Source of the DNA: Chrysomallon squamiferum
Taxonomy: Eukaryota > Animalia > Mollusca
NCBI GenBank assembly: GCA_012295275.1
Contig: CM022670.1
Location: forward strand, 16,802,001 to 16,866,000
DNA: 64,000 nt
Direction of reading: 5' to 3'
Positions 1-15,487 of the stretch are shown one piece after another. The notes beneath the pieces are model-generated. The model was not told the origin of the DNA, did no database searches, and was given only the letters and a program-made list of their open reading frames with translations. Within the stretch, counting starts at the first letter, position 1. The number at the start of each line of letters is the position of its first letter. The translations under genes were made by a program, and so were the position numbers.

Positions 1-127
1 ATAAAAAAAAAATGAAAAGAAAACATAGAAACTAAAAAATGATTTCACTATCATGCGAAATGTATTTGAATTTAACATCAAGTGATTCAAGTCGAAATAA
101 TGTACAACTAAAATAAAATAAAACAAA

Positions 128-330
128 CTACTTCTATTGCTGCTACTACTGCTACTACTACTACTACTACTATACTACAACTACTACTACTACTGTTGTT
201 ACAACTACTTCTACTACTGCAACTGCAACTGCTACTACCACTGCTGAACGTACTATTACTATTACAACTATTATTTTTACTACTCCTATAGCGCCTTGCT
301 GTTACTACTAGTCGTACTAATATTAATAAC
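128..330. repeat. Degenerate (ACT)n trinucleotide tract
   Basis: CTACTACTA/CTGCTA runs. Confidence 0.85.
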
Positions 331-770
331 AATTCGTTAAATTAATCTAAATGTGCTTTAATTTAACGATGGTTAAATACAAAGTATAACAGCAACATCA
401 ACGACAACAAAACAAATAATAATAATAATGATGATGATGATGATGATGATAATAACAATGATAAAATTGATCATCATCGTAATAAAATAAAGAATAAGAA
501 GATGATTCATTGAAAAGCGAAAGCTAATATTCGGTTGAAGTAAATACGTTTCTGTTTTGAATAAGCATTAAAGCATTCATTCTAATACTCTATTCTAGTT
601 GCCTTTTATTTACTTATTTTTTTATTTTTAAAACAACTGTGTCATGGGTTAATTGTTTTTAAATTCATATCCACATGAGATAAACATTAAATCAGACTTT
701 TAATTTGTTTTTTTTACCCCCAGAATACACAATTATAGTCCACAAAGGAAAAAAAGAAAAGAAAAAAGAA

Positions 771-898
<128 letters not shown>

Positions 899-2072
899 CA
901 TACATACACACACAACCAAACACCCACGTATAGTGTCTCTGTTTCAATGTATGTGTGAAAGATCAAAACAGAAACAAAACTAAACGAAGGAAGGATCTGG
1001 GTCAGATACAAACCTTAATGAAGTGTATGCGACTTCATGAAAATGAAGTTAAAAAAATCTCAAACCATGCTTTCAGTAGGCACGAATTGCGTTGAAACTG
1101 TCTAACACCAGAAACAATGAAAGAAAACAATGAGTAGCATACAAACAAACATTCCCTTTCTCCTGCTGCAAGAGCCAGAGAGACCGAGATAGACGAGCGT
1201 TGAAATGTTCAAGTGATATTTATTGCTAGTGAAATCAGCGTGCATACGTTGAAATAAACACAAAGACTAACATTGTGGTGGCGAGATTAACGTCTGACTT
1301 CGCGATAACAGCGCATTGCAGACGCGAGTTTCTCGAATGCTTTCTGCAGAAATAATCACATACACGTGTAGAACAAACACACGCAAACGCTATCATCGGA
1401 TATTGTCATCGCGAAGCAATTTACATCTGTAAAACGTAAATAACAACTGGGAGATATGGCGGAGCGGTTGTAAATAACTGACCAGCGTGTCTCGTAATGC
1501 GTGTTTCACTGCCGTGGAAGCATTTTTAGAAACATTCGTGTTTCTGCATAGGTTTGAATCTTAAGTACACTTTTCAGTAAAACTGCAGTTTGATTAACTT
1601 CTGAAAAGTATTATCATTTGTTGTATTTTCTTAACTATAATAATAATTTTAAAGTTTCTGTTACTGTAATTGTCTTCTTCCTGGTTTTTTTTTTTTCAGA
1701 CAAAACTTATGTAATGCTGATGATGATGATGATGATGTGAGATCGACAACAACGACAACGACGGCGACAACAACTACAACGACGGCGACAACAACTACAA
1801 CAACAATAATAATAGCAACGGATTTCCCATAATAACATTAAATTAATTTAATATTTTCTTAAATTTAATTTTGTTCAACATTTGTCAGAATCATTTAACC
1901 AAAATAAATCGCTTATATTCGTCACTGAAGAAAATTAAAATTAGGAGCTGGCAACTCAGTTTAAATATGTACATGTGACAGCTCGATCCAAGTCTATTTT
2001 GGGCTTTTTAAAGTTATTATAATTATTGTTGTTGTTGTTGTTGTTTTTGATATGCTTAATAACTGAAGCAAA

Positions 2073-2152
2073 ATATATGGCAAATATTCATGTCTTTATT
2101 TTACAAAAATTAAAACACTTTAATAAACAGGACAAAATCGTGGTTAAAATCG
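2073..2152 (+). repeat. ~80-bp dispersed direct repeat, copy A (copy B at 6338-6416)
   Basis: GGCAAATATTCATGTCTTTATTTTACAAAAATTAAAACAC...GACAAAATCGTGGTTAAAATCG is shared with 6338-6416. Confidence 0.9.
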
Positions 2153-2669
2153 GTTAAATTATATATATCTTACATTAACATTATTATTATTCGTTAAGAA
2201 ATGGATTTATTATTTTTATTTTCATGAGATATAAAATTAATATTTTTCTAATATCAGTATTTTTCTTTGTTTTGTTGGGTTTATTTGTGGTTGTTGCTTT
2301 TTTTTTTTTTTTTTTTCGCTCTCTTTCCTTTTTTTGCTTTATGTATCTCCGTATTAGCAGGACGAATCAAAGAAAGATTTAATGAAACAAACAAACAATT
2401 AAAATAAAAATAAAAATGTATCAATTGTTTTCAGTAAAACACAGTAAAATAAAAGATTTATAAATCTCTATTCGGGGAGATTCGTTATTGTGGTCTAACA
2501 CTAAATAATACATTTTATTATTTAAAGAATTTCAACAAATGCAAAACACTCCTGGAATGTCTCTGTTTTCGTTTCCATATCTGGTTGGCAAAAAAAAAGG
2601 AATCTTATTTCAAGAACAATTAAATTATGGTAATATGCTTGAGTTATGTTCCCTGGGAAATTCTAGCAA

Positions 2670-3540
2670 TTAACGAGAAATGTCCTCCGATGCCGGCTGT
2701 CCAGCTGGCAATTTAGCCGATTTGGTGGAACCAAAGTCCTGGGAATAATCAAAATCTCCATACTGTAATGAAATCCCATCAATCACGTACCGATAGCGCG
2801 CGCGAACTGGACACGTGCATGCCCTAACAACCGCCATCTGTCCGTCAGAACTGGCTCTCGCAGAGCTCGCAGTTTTTGCAGAATTTTACAGGAAAAATGT
2901 TATAGATCTTCTTCAGTCAGAGAAAGAGAAAAGCATCGCCGGCTGTTAATAGCCAAATCGCCTGCAGTCTGCATGCTTTTCTGTAAGCAGTCTTCGTTAG
3001 CGTCGCTTGTTTGATTTTCAAATCGATAATGACTTGGAGCAGAAGAGAAAGAAGTGATTTGCAGACTACATAAAGATAATCAGCCGAGTCAATTTCCTCG
3101 TGACGTCACACCTCTTTTTAGACGTGTTCGTCTGCTGTGTCCGAAACTGCCTCGACACCGTGGCTATTGCACGCGCGGTAATGACTTTCATTAGCTTTTA
3201 TTTGACGAGCGTAATCTCGAATAAAAATGGCGGACCTAATGAGTGTTCCTATTTGATTATTCATGACATTCTTGCCGAGAACTCGTTCCAATCTGGCTGT
3301 GATGGAATCTCGATAGCGTTTCTGATAGCTTTATCGTTCATCTAGCTAGACAGCGGAGCTTTCGTCGATATTGACACAACAGGGTTCCCCAAGACACAAT
3401 GAAAATTTCTTGGAAAATCAATACAATGTCAGAGTAATAAAATACAGCACTGCCTTAGATTCTCTGATTCCCTGTTTGTTTTGTAAGTCACCGCGCGATG
3501 TCTCCGCTGCAATAACGAACACAATTAAAGCCAATGTTTA
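2670..3540. promoter_or_regulatory. CpG-rich non-coding island, candidate distal enhancer
   Basis: High-complexity, CpG-rich sequence amid AT-rich repeats, with no credible ORF. Contains CRE palindrome GTGACGTCAC (~3100), YY1-like motifs (2831, 3224) and E-box CACGTG. Confidence 0.45.
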
Positions 3541-4001
3541 AAACGTACCATACAAAAAGAAAGATACAAGATGTATATAACAAACACAAAGCAACTAATT
3601 CAGTAATGTAATTACTTGCTTAACACAGGCTTATAGTAAAAAAAAAGTAAAAAAAAAAAAAACCTATTAAGTTTGCGATGTTACAAGAACGGGATTAGCA
3701 TTTATTGTATCCAATAATAGAGTTTTAATTATGTTTAATATCAGTTACAAGCGTTATGTTTAATACATCAAATGAAATTAATAATTTGATAAATATGACG
3801 TATGTAACAACTACTGTCAGAAAGAGCTGAAATTAGACACTGCTGGCAGACAGTTTGTTTTGATTTTCAACAACGTTTTAAAAATAAATCTTCTGTGTAT
3901 TTGATTTTTATCAGTGGCGAACAAGCTTATGACAAACCTAGCAAGATAACTCACAATGAATTTATTAAAAAATGTCGTTAGTGAACCACTGTTGTGTAAT
4001 G

Positions 4002-4005
<4 letters not shown>

Positions 4006-4071
<66 letters not shown>
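4006..4071. repeat. (GA)n microsatellite
   Basis: Perfect GA run. Confidence 0.97.
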
Positions 4072-4076
<5 letters not shown>

Positions 4077-4684
4077 TTAAAAGGATATTATATTATACAG
4101 TTAATTATTTTATTAAAAGGACACACAGGCATCGTAAAACATCATATTTATTGTTCATAACGAAACAAAAAACGATTTCTTTTTTTTTTTTTTTTTTTCT
4201 TTTTTCGTTGTTGTTTTATTTTAGTATTTTTCTTTTGACCACAGACACACATAAACACATACACGCACATACAGACGCAAACAACCATACACACACATTC
4301 GAATAAATAGCTTCCCCAGTTTAGAAGCCTTTTAATATTTTCTATTTTCTACTCTTGTTGAATTAGTCGTAGCCAGACAAACAGTAGTGTGTGTATGTGG
4401 GTTCTTGTGCGCAGTTGTGCATGTGTACGTGTATGTGTGTATCTGTGTGTACGTGTATGTGTGTATCTGTGTGTACGTGTAAATTACATAAAAAGTAACG
4501 ACTTCATTATTAATTAACAATATTGCAATCTTATGATTTGATTATTCATGATTTTTAATACCTTTCTTCTAAATTTTACCACATGAGTTAATTAATGTGT
4601 ATATTTTATCAGCAGAAGTATTGGGGGTCACTGTAATTTTATTTATATCCGATACAGGCAACACATCTTTGATAATATACATTA

Positions 4685-6190
4685 ATGAATACATTGATAC
4701 ATACACTGATACATACATCGATTCATACATACACTGATACATACATTGATACATTCATATATACACTGATTTATACATTGATTTATATGCTGATACATAC
4801 ATTAATACATACACTGATTCATATACTGATACATACACTGATACATACACTGATTCATATACTGATACATACACTGATACATACACTGATTCATAGAAAG
4901 ATACATACACGGATTCATACACTGATACTTACACTGATTTATACAATGATACACTAATACACTGATAGATACACTGATACACATACTGATACATACACTA
5001 ATAAAGTGATACATACCCTGATATATGTATTGATACACTAATACTCTGATACATACACGGATATATATACACGGATATATACACTGATTTATACAATGAC
5101 ACCCTAATACACTGATAAATACACTGATACACATACTGATACATACACCAATTATTCTGATACACTAATACGCTGATACATACGCTAATACACTGTTACA
5201 TACGCTAATACACTGATACATACGCTGATACATACGCTAATACACTGATATATACGCTAATACGCTGGTACATACGCTAATACACTGATACATACGCTAA
5301 TACGCTGATACATACGCTAATACGCTGATGCATACGCTAATACACTGTTACATACGCTAATACACTGATACACTGATACATACGCTGATACATACACTAA
5401 TACACTGATACATACGCTAATACACTGTTATATACGCTGATACACTGATACATACGCTGATACACTGATACATACGCTAATACACTGATACATACGATAA
5501 TACACTGATACATACGATAATACACTGATACATACGCTAATACACTGATACATACGCTAATACACTGATACATACACTAATACACTGTTACATACGCTGA
5601 TACGCTGATACATACGCTAATACACTGATACATACGCTAATACACTGATACATACATTAATACACTGATACATACGCGAATACGCTGATACATACGCTAA
5701 TACACTGATACATACGCTAATACACCGATACATACACTAATACACTGATACACTAATACACCGATACATACACTAATACACTGATACACTAATACACCGA
5801 TACATACACTAATACACTGATACACTAATACACCGATACATACACTGATACACTGATACACTAATACACCGATACATACACTAATATTCTGTTACCTACG
5901 CTAATACACTGATACATACACTAATACACTGATACATACACTAATACACTGATACATACACTAATACACTGATACATACACTAATACACCGATACATACA
6001 CTAATACACTGATACATATGATAATGCACTGATACATACACTAATACACAGATACACCAATACACTCGATATACTAATACACCGATACATAACTGATACA
6101 CTAATATAATAATACACTGATACATAACTGATAAATACACTAATACACTGATATACTAATACACTGATACATACACTAATACATACACTG
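4685..6190. repeat. ~1.5-kb minisatellite built from 12-bp (ACACTGATACAT), 8-bp and 20-bp (TACACTGATACATACGCTAA) units
   Basis: Continuous tandem periodicity; translates as IHTL/MYQC repeats in the ORF track. Confidence 0.95.
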
Positions 6191-6337
6191 CATGCTTTAT
6201 TAAATTAGAGAAAACCCTTTTGTTGTTATATAATAGCTCAATTCTTCAGTTTTCTTCAGTAGACTGAGTTTATTAGTAGCAGCTCTTACAGTAAGTTTGG
6301 ATATGAAAGATGTCTGTCTATTTGTCTATGAAAACGA

Positions 6338-6416
6338 ATATACGGCAAATATTCATGTCTTTATTTTACAAAAATTAAAACACGTTATAAACACGACAAA
6401 ATCGTGGTTAAAATCG
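6338..6416 (+). repeat. ~80-bp dispersed direct repeat, copy B
   Basis: Near-identical to 2073-2152. Confidence 0.9.
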
Positions 6417-6614
6417 TGGTATACTGAAATACATGGGTTATTTTATTCTTTACTGTCGCTAGGTAACATGCATAAACAACATCACAATATTTTTATTATT
6501 ATTATTATCATTATTGTTTGTTTGTTTTTCATAAAGACATAAATTGTTATTCACTAAATAATGGAACAATTTTAATATTATTAAAAGTCATACTAATTAT
6601 TGGTTTAATATGTC

Positions 6615-6663
<49 letters not shown>

Positions 6664-7191
6664 ATATTTAATATCTTAAGAATATTACAGAAAATACTCT
6701 TTAATATCTTAAGAATATTATGTCATGACAAGAGAAATGTTAATGAGATCAAGATGTTCAGCGGCGTGACAGGTATGGACACGCTTGAGTTGACTGATGT
6801 CATACAAGCGTGTCCGTCACAAGTGGTTTTGTATGGCATTTTATGGCATTAATGTTTATGTGTCGATCCTTGGACCGACATTCCACTGTTGTGTGCAAAT
6901 GATCCAGAAACGTTTTGAAAATTAAAATTTCCTCCGGCAAACTGTACCCATCACAACGAGTGTGATACGTTTTCACTAAATCCTGGAAGTGTAAATACTA
7001 TTACGATTATTTATGCAAACTGTCAAATAATGAAAAACAGTTATTACATTTAATTACGACAATCAATAAATCACAGTATGACATCAGCCACATGTTCAGT
7101 TGGTATTTGAGATGTGTGTGATTTTGTGCAATTACTAGTTTATTTTATTTTATTTTATTTATTTATTTATTTATTTATTTATTTTTTTTTA

Positions 7192-7274
<83 letters not shown>

Positions 7275-7815
7275 TATTTATTATTTTTATTATTATTATT
7301 TTTTTTTTTTTTCGATAATGGTCTGTTTTTCATATTCATTCCAACTATACTACATTTAGTAGTAAATTCATGTTGACGATAAAAAAAAAAAAATAAATAA
7401 ATAAATAAATAAATAATATTTTGTTAAAATTCGAATAAGATGTTTAAAGGTGTAGATCGACTAAGGGAAAAAAAACCCCGTGGATTTGATGGCTTCAGGA
7501 AAACAAAAGTTATCGTTCTTTCAGCTTCGTATTCTCTAATGCAGTAATTCTTTTCCAATCCACCTAATCGACCTAATGTTTCACGATTTACTTATTAAAT
7601 GCAGTGGTATAATTGCATTAATCGACATCTGATCAAAACTTACAAATGATTACTGATTAACGATATAGAGACATCCTTTCCACTCATATCAGTATTATGT
7701 AATACACCGAATAGTTTATAACTGTTTTCATCTTCTTTTTTTGGTACTACTACTATTACTTCTGCTACTGCTACTACTACTACTACTACCACTACTACTA
7801 CTATTATTACTACTA

Positions 7816-7868
<53 letters not shown>

Positions 7869-10800
7869 TAAATTTATTATTATTCAGTTAAAACCACGCA
7901 TTAACAACCGTAACCGCAGGTTGGAGTTTTTACATGGACTTAATGGAAGTTGATTTTATGTTATAGTTTTGATTTTCACAAAGAAAGCACTAGACTATTA
8001 AATCCACATTAAATCTTGATACCGTTACTGTCTGAATGCAGAAACATTGAACATAAATGGAAATGAACTGTGAAGTTAAGATTACCACATGGAGTCCGAT
8101 ATTCATCATTAAGTCTGCGACCACTAACACCGTTACAAACAACTGAAATCCTAAAACGCCGAAACCTTCGCAGAACTCGTAAACATTATGTAGTCATTAT
8201 AATCGCGTTAAAATACAAAATATTCACTAATACATTATTAACTCGATTAAACATCCTTAGAGTGTGTATGATACACACTCTAAGGATGTTTAATCAACTC
8301 CAAAATCTCATTTCAAAGATTTCTGCCTCGCAATAGTTCATTTGAAATACTCATGATTTGATTCAAATTCATATGAGATCGAAAAGCATCTTCGCCGACG
8401 TCAAATTCGGGAACTGCAACAACCTCAACAACCTCAACAACCGGGTTTTGTGAGCGACCACCAGATTTGATCTGCTTTGAAATTCCTCCTTAAATACAAG
8501 GGTTTGTAGATGTATATGTGTTGATTAATACTGAGTTGATGTTGGCATGTTGCGGTGTTTTCATGTTAAGTGGTCTAAGGGAAATAACTCACGTTGACTG
8601 GTCGTAATTCTATAATGTTTGCAGTCGCTCTTTTACCTTTCCGGTCAGTTAACATGCAGGCGCTTTCTTTTATTTAGTTAAACTTGATAACTGCACAAAT
8701 AAACATATATCAAGTTTGATTCGGTTATACTGAAATATCAACATAAAGATCTTGTTTCTTCAAACAAGCTTATAGTTCTTATATTTTTCTTTTAATTGTT
8801 GTATTTTCATGGTCAAGGGGAAAGAACTCATGTTGACGGGTATTTAAATTAGGTTTGTAAAGGAAAAAAAAAAACAAAGAAGATAGAGGACCGCATTTTA
8901 AATTGTTAAATAAATATAGTTCCTGTTTGCCTAGAAAAATGAAAAAACTCTAGTATTAACATATAAATTAAAAAAAAAACTCTAGTATTAACATATAAAT
9001 TTAATGTTTTTATATATTTTGTTGCTGTTACTGTTGTCTTTCTGACTAAACAGCTTGCATCTTTTTTTTTAAATACAAAAGTGGGAAACCATTTTGACGA
9101 AGTTTCTTTATGATGATTATTGGTCGTAGAATTTGAAAGACTACATCTTATATACTACTACTACTACTACTAATAAATTATTTCAAAGAATAATTAACAT
9201 AACAATTTAATGATCAGATTAATAAAATAGCAATAACAATAATAATAAATAAAAATTAAAGGAATCGATTTATGAATTGTGATGCAAGGGAAATAACTCC
9301 TGTATTTTTACTAAGTGAAAATAGAAATTAATGAAAGGTTGAGAACATGAAAGGAAAACCTAGATAATGCATAACAATAACATTTTACCAACAGATTCTT
9401 ATTATTCTTACAGAGAAGTAATACTGATATAAAAATAACTATTTACAAATAAATATCTTACAACTTCTTTTTCAACAGTGGAAATAGTGTTTTCCTGACC
9501 ACAGTTATTTCATTAATAAGCTTATGTTAAAAGCTAAATTTTATAATAATAAATTTAATAATAATAATAATAATAATAATAATAGTGATAATTATAACAA
9601 AAAAAATATGCACTTTAGATGTAACCCTTGTCAGCAGAGGTTTTATTCACAATTTGTTTGGTGTCGATGCAGATATAAAAAGATCATAACTTTAAGTTTA
9701 TCCTTTTCATTGGTAATATAACTGTTGGTGTTTGGATGTTACCACTTCACCAGTAGAAATGAAACTCGTTCCTTAATTTTTTTTTTTCTCCCATATAGAT
9801 GTCATTTGACTGATGATAATTTTGAAAAAATTTTCTTATTCAGACATAATCAACAGAAGTGTTCAATGTCACACAGTTGATGCTGTGATGTGCATTAGAA
9901 TAAACAGCAGCAAAGGAAGATCAATTAATTTATTCCTTTAATTTGAAAAATACTTCCAAATACATTTGTACTTGTAGTTAAATACATTTCAGTGCATTTG
10001 ACTCCCAGATGTGGTTTTAATATCATTACTGGCAAATAAACATAAGTAGTAAAATAGGGGTGCAGAAATTTAAAAAAAAAAAAAAAAAAAATGGAATTGT
10101 GAAAAACATGACTGGAAAAAAAAAGAAAGGCATACTGGTCTAATTAGATCAAAAAAAAATGTAAAACTTGAAATCTGGAGAAAAAAGCAACAACCACCTG
10201 CAAAAAAAATAAAATAAAAATAACAAACATTATCCTATAATTTTAATTTTATTGTTATGACATTTGAGATATAAATGAAAACCTTTTCAGTTTCAATTAG
10301 GCTTGCATCTACATGTAATGGATATTGTCTTGATATAATGTGCCTTTTATTGGTAATAAAACAAAAATTGTAATCAATCACCAAAAAATGAAATAAAATA
10401 GAATAAAACAACAATAATTTTAAATTTTCATAACATAACTCATTTATAATCTGCGAATCTTGTGTCTGTTTTTGCTTTCCAGCCAGACAAAATATAAACT
10501 TACTGAACTTAAAAAAATTAAATAAATAAATAAATCATAAATACTTATGATTAAATTCAATATAAATATTTAATTTCCAGGTGTATTTGTTTGTTTTTTT
10601 ATGGTTTTTTTGGTTTGTTTTTTTTGTGTGTGCCAGTTTTACCTATTTCCTGTAAAATGTTTATGAGAGGAAAATTAGAAAATATTTTTTTATAACCTTT
10701 CTTTATTAGAACAAACAGAACAAACCAAAAGTTGTCATAATTCATTTATACATATGGATACAACAAAGAAATAAATGTTTTGAAAATACAGGGAAAAGTT

Positions 10801-11808
10801 CTAAGAGTGGAAAACCTGAATTGAGATATTAAATATTAAACTGTTCTTATAGTCACTGGACTTTCTTCACAACTGTAAAACAGCCTTCAAATCTTAACAA
10901 GATTAAAATGTGACGTGCCAAAGAAAAAAAAAAAAAAAAAATAACACAGAACAAAAATATTCCATACATTTAAATATTCTTTATTCATTTATTGATTATT
11001 TTTAAGTTTTTGATTTTTTGTTTGTTGAAAAATTAGAGACATTTTGAATATTTTTAGCAAAGTTTAAAATTTTGTGCCTGTAATTAGAGAAGAGAAAGAT
11101 GAAACAAAGAATCCCTTAAAAGTCCTGGTTCAGTACAGGAGGAAGTTGTGGAAATATTGGAGCTGTCTTATTTTACTTTTTAAAAATGAACACCTAAAGC
11201 AACTAAAAACAATAAATAAATAAAATCCTCATTAACATAAAAAATGTATATTTTAATGGAATATATATTAAGTATTCTAATTTTAAAAATTGTTTTCTAG
11301 ATACTTACACAAGGATTCATAAATTTTATTTTATTTTTGTTATTATTATTTTATAATTATTACTGTTGTTGTTATTATTAGTATATTTAGTGTTTTGCTT
11401 TTGTTTTCAGTTTTAAATAGTAAAAACTTAACTTTGTTGCCTGCAGATATAAAGACAGCAAAATCTTTACTAAAATACATTTGTGTTTTAAATATGTTTA
11501 TATACACTATTTTAAGGTTTTGTTTTATTATTTTTTAGGTGGAAAGAATTTGATATATAAAAAAGAAACTGAAGATACACAAAGAAAATAATTTAAAATT
11601 TTTTTTATTTCAGAAGTGTGTAAAAATACCCGAAAGACTGAGTGTACAGTAACTTCGAAATGATTAAATTATCTTTAGCCTGTCTACAAATTGTTGTGAT
11701 AAAATGAAAGCCATCTTTCATGCGTCACTGCAGGTGTGTCAAGTACTTTTTTAATGTAAAAGTTGGCTGAACAGAAAAAATAACACTCTCAAGAGAATTA
11801 CCGCAATT

Positions 11809-11850
<42 letters not shown>

Positions 11851-14800
11851 TATATAATACACAAGATGTCAACACACGCAAAAATACATGAAAGTCTGAG
11901 CCTATGGCAATTTGAACTAATTAAGACAATTTTAATATTAAATTTTTTTATTTTATTTTTTCCTAACCACTTTTTATTCAAATATTTTATTATTAGTAAA
12001 AACTATTTGGTTATTTTATAAAATAATAGTTACATCGCTACATTAGAGTTTTAACCAAAGCAACAACAATTAAAGTTATAATTCAATTAAAATAAAATAA
12101 ATAAATAATTACTGATAATTTACATATTTAAAAAACTAATCATAAATGAAATTCAAGAAAGAAACCCCAGAAAGTTACTAGTCTGACTGGAAACAAAAAT
12201 AATATTATAAAATGATAAAATATAAAAAGAAAAAAAAGAGTAAGTTTAATATAAGCTGTTAATGATTTATTATCATTGTTGTTGTTATTATTAATAAATA
12301 AGAATTTTGTTTTGAAAATTCAGTAATGAAAGACGTATTTAAGAAAGACACTGGCAGAATTCTTGAGAGACTTTTACTTAACTATTATTATATATTTTAT
12401 TTTTACAGTGGGTAGACAGAAATTATTTGTAACTGGGTCTTTGTTTGAGTACATCAGATGTTAATAATAATTTTCAAGACAAATGTTAAATCACTGAAAT
12501 TATTTATTAATGTATACATGAAGAAACATAAACCTTGAATGAAAGATAAGTAAAAAGAAAGAGAAAATAATTGAAGTTTAGAAAAAGAAAAAAGAAAGAA
12601 AGAAGAAAAATGAAAGCTGACAAAAAGAGAAGAAATATGGAAGAATTTTGTTTTCACAAAACAACAATAAAAAGCCTCCAAAAACATACAGTATTTTGAT
12701 CATCGTGAATTCCAGTCTGAAAAGCCTGTTAGCAAAATGAAATAGATTTAAACTGGACATTTACATTTAAGGTGATGTCCATTGTTCACTGATAATACTA
12801 TGCTGAACTGAACTTTATTTACACTTAGGTCAGAATTTGACGGCATTTGACTTCGAGGTTCACAGAGTAAATACGTAATTTGACAAGAGCGCTCGTTTCT
12901 CATAGTAATGATACACCTAAGATAGTTAAAGATTTAAACACAAATAATATTTCTATCTATTGATGTGTCTTTGTATTTTGGTCTTCTGATCAACGTAGTA
13001 TATATATATGTTATAGATAGATAGACTGATAAGCATAACGACTGCCATTATTTTAATTAAAAGGATTATTTGAAATAAAGAAATATAATGTTGTTACCTT
13101 GGTAAAACATGTTTAACACACACATATACAAGAAGCAGGGGGAAAAAATATGGATACAGTATTTAAACTGTTTGACTAACACTATATTAAACAAAACTGA
13201 GTTATTGAAAACACAGTTTTCATTATAAAACAAGCGAATGAGAAGAGACAAATATTTATATAATAAAAATGGCGAGATGACTTTACAGTGCTTTCTCGAA
13301 GGGTGGATACAATCAGCTAAATCCGTCACCATGCGTCCGTTAATTCAACAATAACAAAATGGTTTAAACAAGAAAATCGCTAGTTCATAATAAAGCAGCT
13401 GTGAAAACATGTTCCAGTGCACCGCGGAGAGGAAACTCAATCTGCGCATGTGTGGTCTCGCAAAACGTTCACATGGTTTCAATCGTATGTTGCAAGGAAG
13501 TCATTTCATAAACTCTTCACTGACGGAAATGTTCGGGTCGTTCCTAACTCAACTCTACCTACATCGACGGGGAAATATTCAAATCGCTAGTCTCACATAA
13601 TAATAATAATAATAATAATAATAACAGAAAGAAGAAGAAAAACAATATTTTGTTATTACCGACATACAGCGAGTCTTGATTTTCCTGGATTTGTGATTTA
13701 TGTTTATTATTCATTATAGTGGGTAAAGGTGGACATAATACACATAAACAATTTTTTTTTTCCTATGGTCTTCTTGGTGTACAGATTCCATCAAACAGAA
13801 TTTCATGTCTGATATTTTTAGTAGTGATAATTTACGTGTCGACATGACAAATACTCGTATGTTGATGTATATATATTTTTCTTTTAGTTACTTATTATTT
13901 TTTATGACTTACAAAATAAAAAAAAATTAAATATATTATTGCAGTTTAGAACTGCAATAACTGTTACTTATAAATATTTATTTATTTATTTATTTATTTT
14001 TATATTTGTTGACACTATTATAATTAATAATTTATCTTTTCTTTCTTTATTTCTTGCTTTCTTTTCTTTAATTTCGTATTATATGTTACTATGATTTCCT
14101 TGGTATAACAAAATAACGTTAAAAATTACTGTCTGTTTAAACAATCCTCAGCCCTCTTGATGAGTATCACGTTTAACAGTTAATTATTTTAACAGCGTAT
14201 TTCCAGCAGCAAATCTTGCATAACTTACGTAACAATATAATTATGCCGTGATCTTGTTTCTCTGCTTTTTATTATTTTATTTAAACAGAGTGTGTCCTAA
14301 TTTAATACACATAACACACACAATAATGATGATTGTCAAGGTGATGATAATTATGTGATGATGATGATGATGTTGATGAAGATGAAGATGATTTTGGCAT
14401 TTGCATCTTTCTTTCTAATAAGATCTGATCATTTTGCTGAGATCTACCCTGGCCGAAACGTTCTATTTTTATTACAGTGTTTATTAGATTAATGTAACTG
14501 TTATAAAAACAACAACAGTTCATTGGCTATAAATAATCAGGTTATAAAAAGTTGTAATTTATACTTCATCCGAGATTTGTGATGCATTGTTTAAAATCGC
14601 CTGTTCAATATTATTATTATAATTAGTACTAATAGTAGTAGTAGTAGTAGTAGTAGTAGTAGCAGCAACAGGTGCAGCAGTGTGGTATGTGTGCGTGGAT
14701 TTTTTTTTTTAGTTTGCGTGTATGTTTTGTTCTTCTTAATTTTATTTCCAGAAAAAAATGTGAAAATATTTACAAGTAATTTTGAACGGCTTCTATTCTT

Positions 14801-15309
14801 ACATTCAGTATCTTGGAAATATTTGACTATTACGAAATAACAAGTGTTGTGTTTGTTAATGCTTTTAACACCAGTATTATCAAATACCTGTTTGTCTATA
14901 ACTGTTTGCCGCGTGCAAATCATTCACGACGTGTTTATATTGCTGATTGTCTGTTTAAATGTCAGTGCATGTCTACACCAGCCGTGTCACAATAAAACAT
15001 GCCAGCAGTGTGTAAACTTCCACGTGTCTTTCTCCCATTATTAAGAGGATGACGGCCAAACGGATGTTAAAGACGCGTGTCGTGTAAACAAATAAACATT
15101 TTCCATTCTAGAAATAACACAGAGAGAGAGAGAGAGAGATCTGGTAGTGTTTGCTTATATTGCATATGTGTGGATAATATCTTACAGTAGTGATATCATA
15201 TGATCACCTGTAATATATTTATGAGTCTCGAATGAGGAAATCATTTCCAAGATAAAGATCGCTTTAGTTTTTGCTTTCAAAGAAAATAAATAAATTTCAT
15301 GTATCTGTG

Positions 15310-15360
<51 letters not shown>

Positions 15361-15444
15361 GTGCATATGTTATATATATATATATATATATACATATATA
15401 TACACACATATATATACATATATATACACATACATATCATATAT

Positions 15445-15487
<43 letters not shown>

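Noticed and set aside
8943-9001. Short tandem duplications (also 6667-6720, 23009-23150)
   Set aside because: Ordinary slippage duplications next to homopolymers; no further signal.
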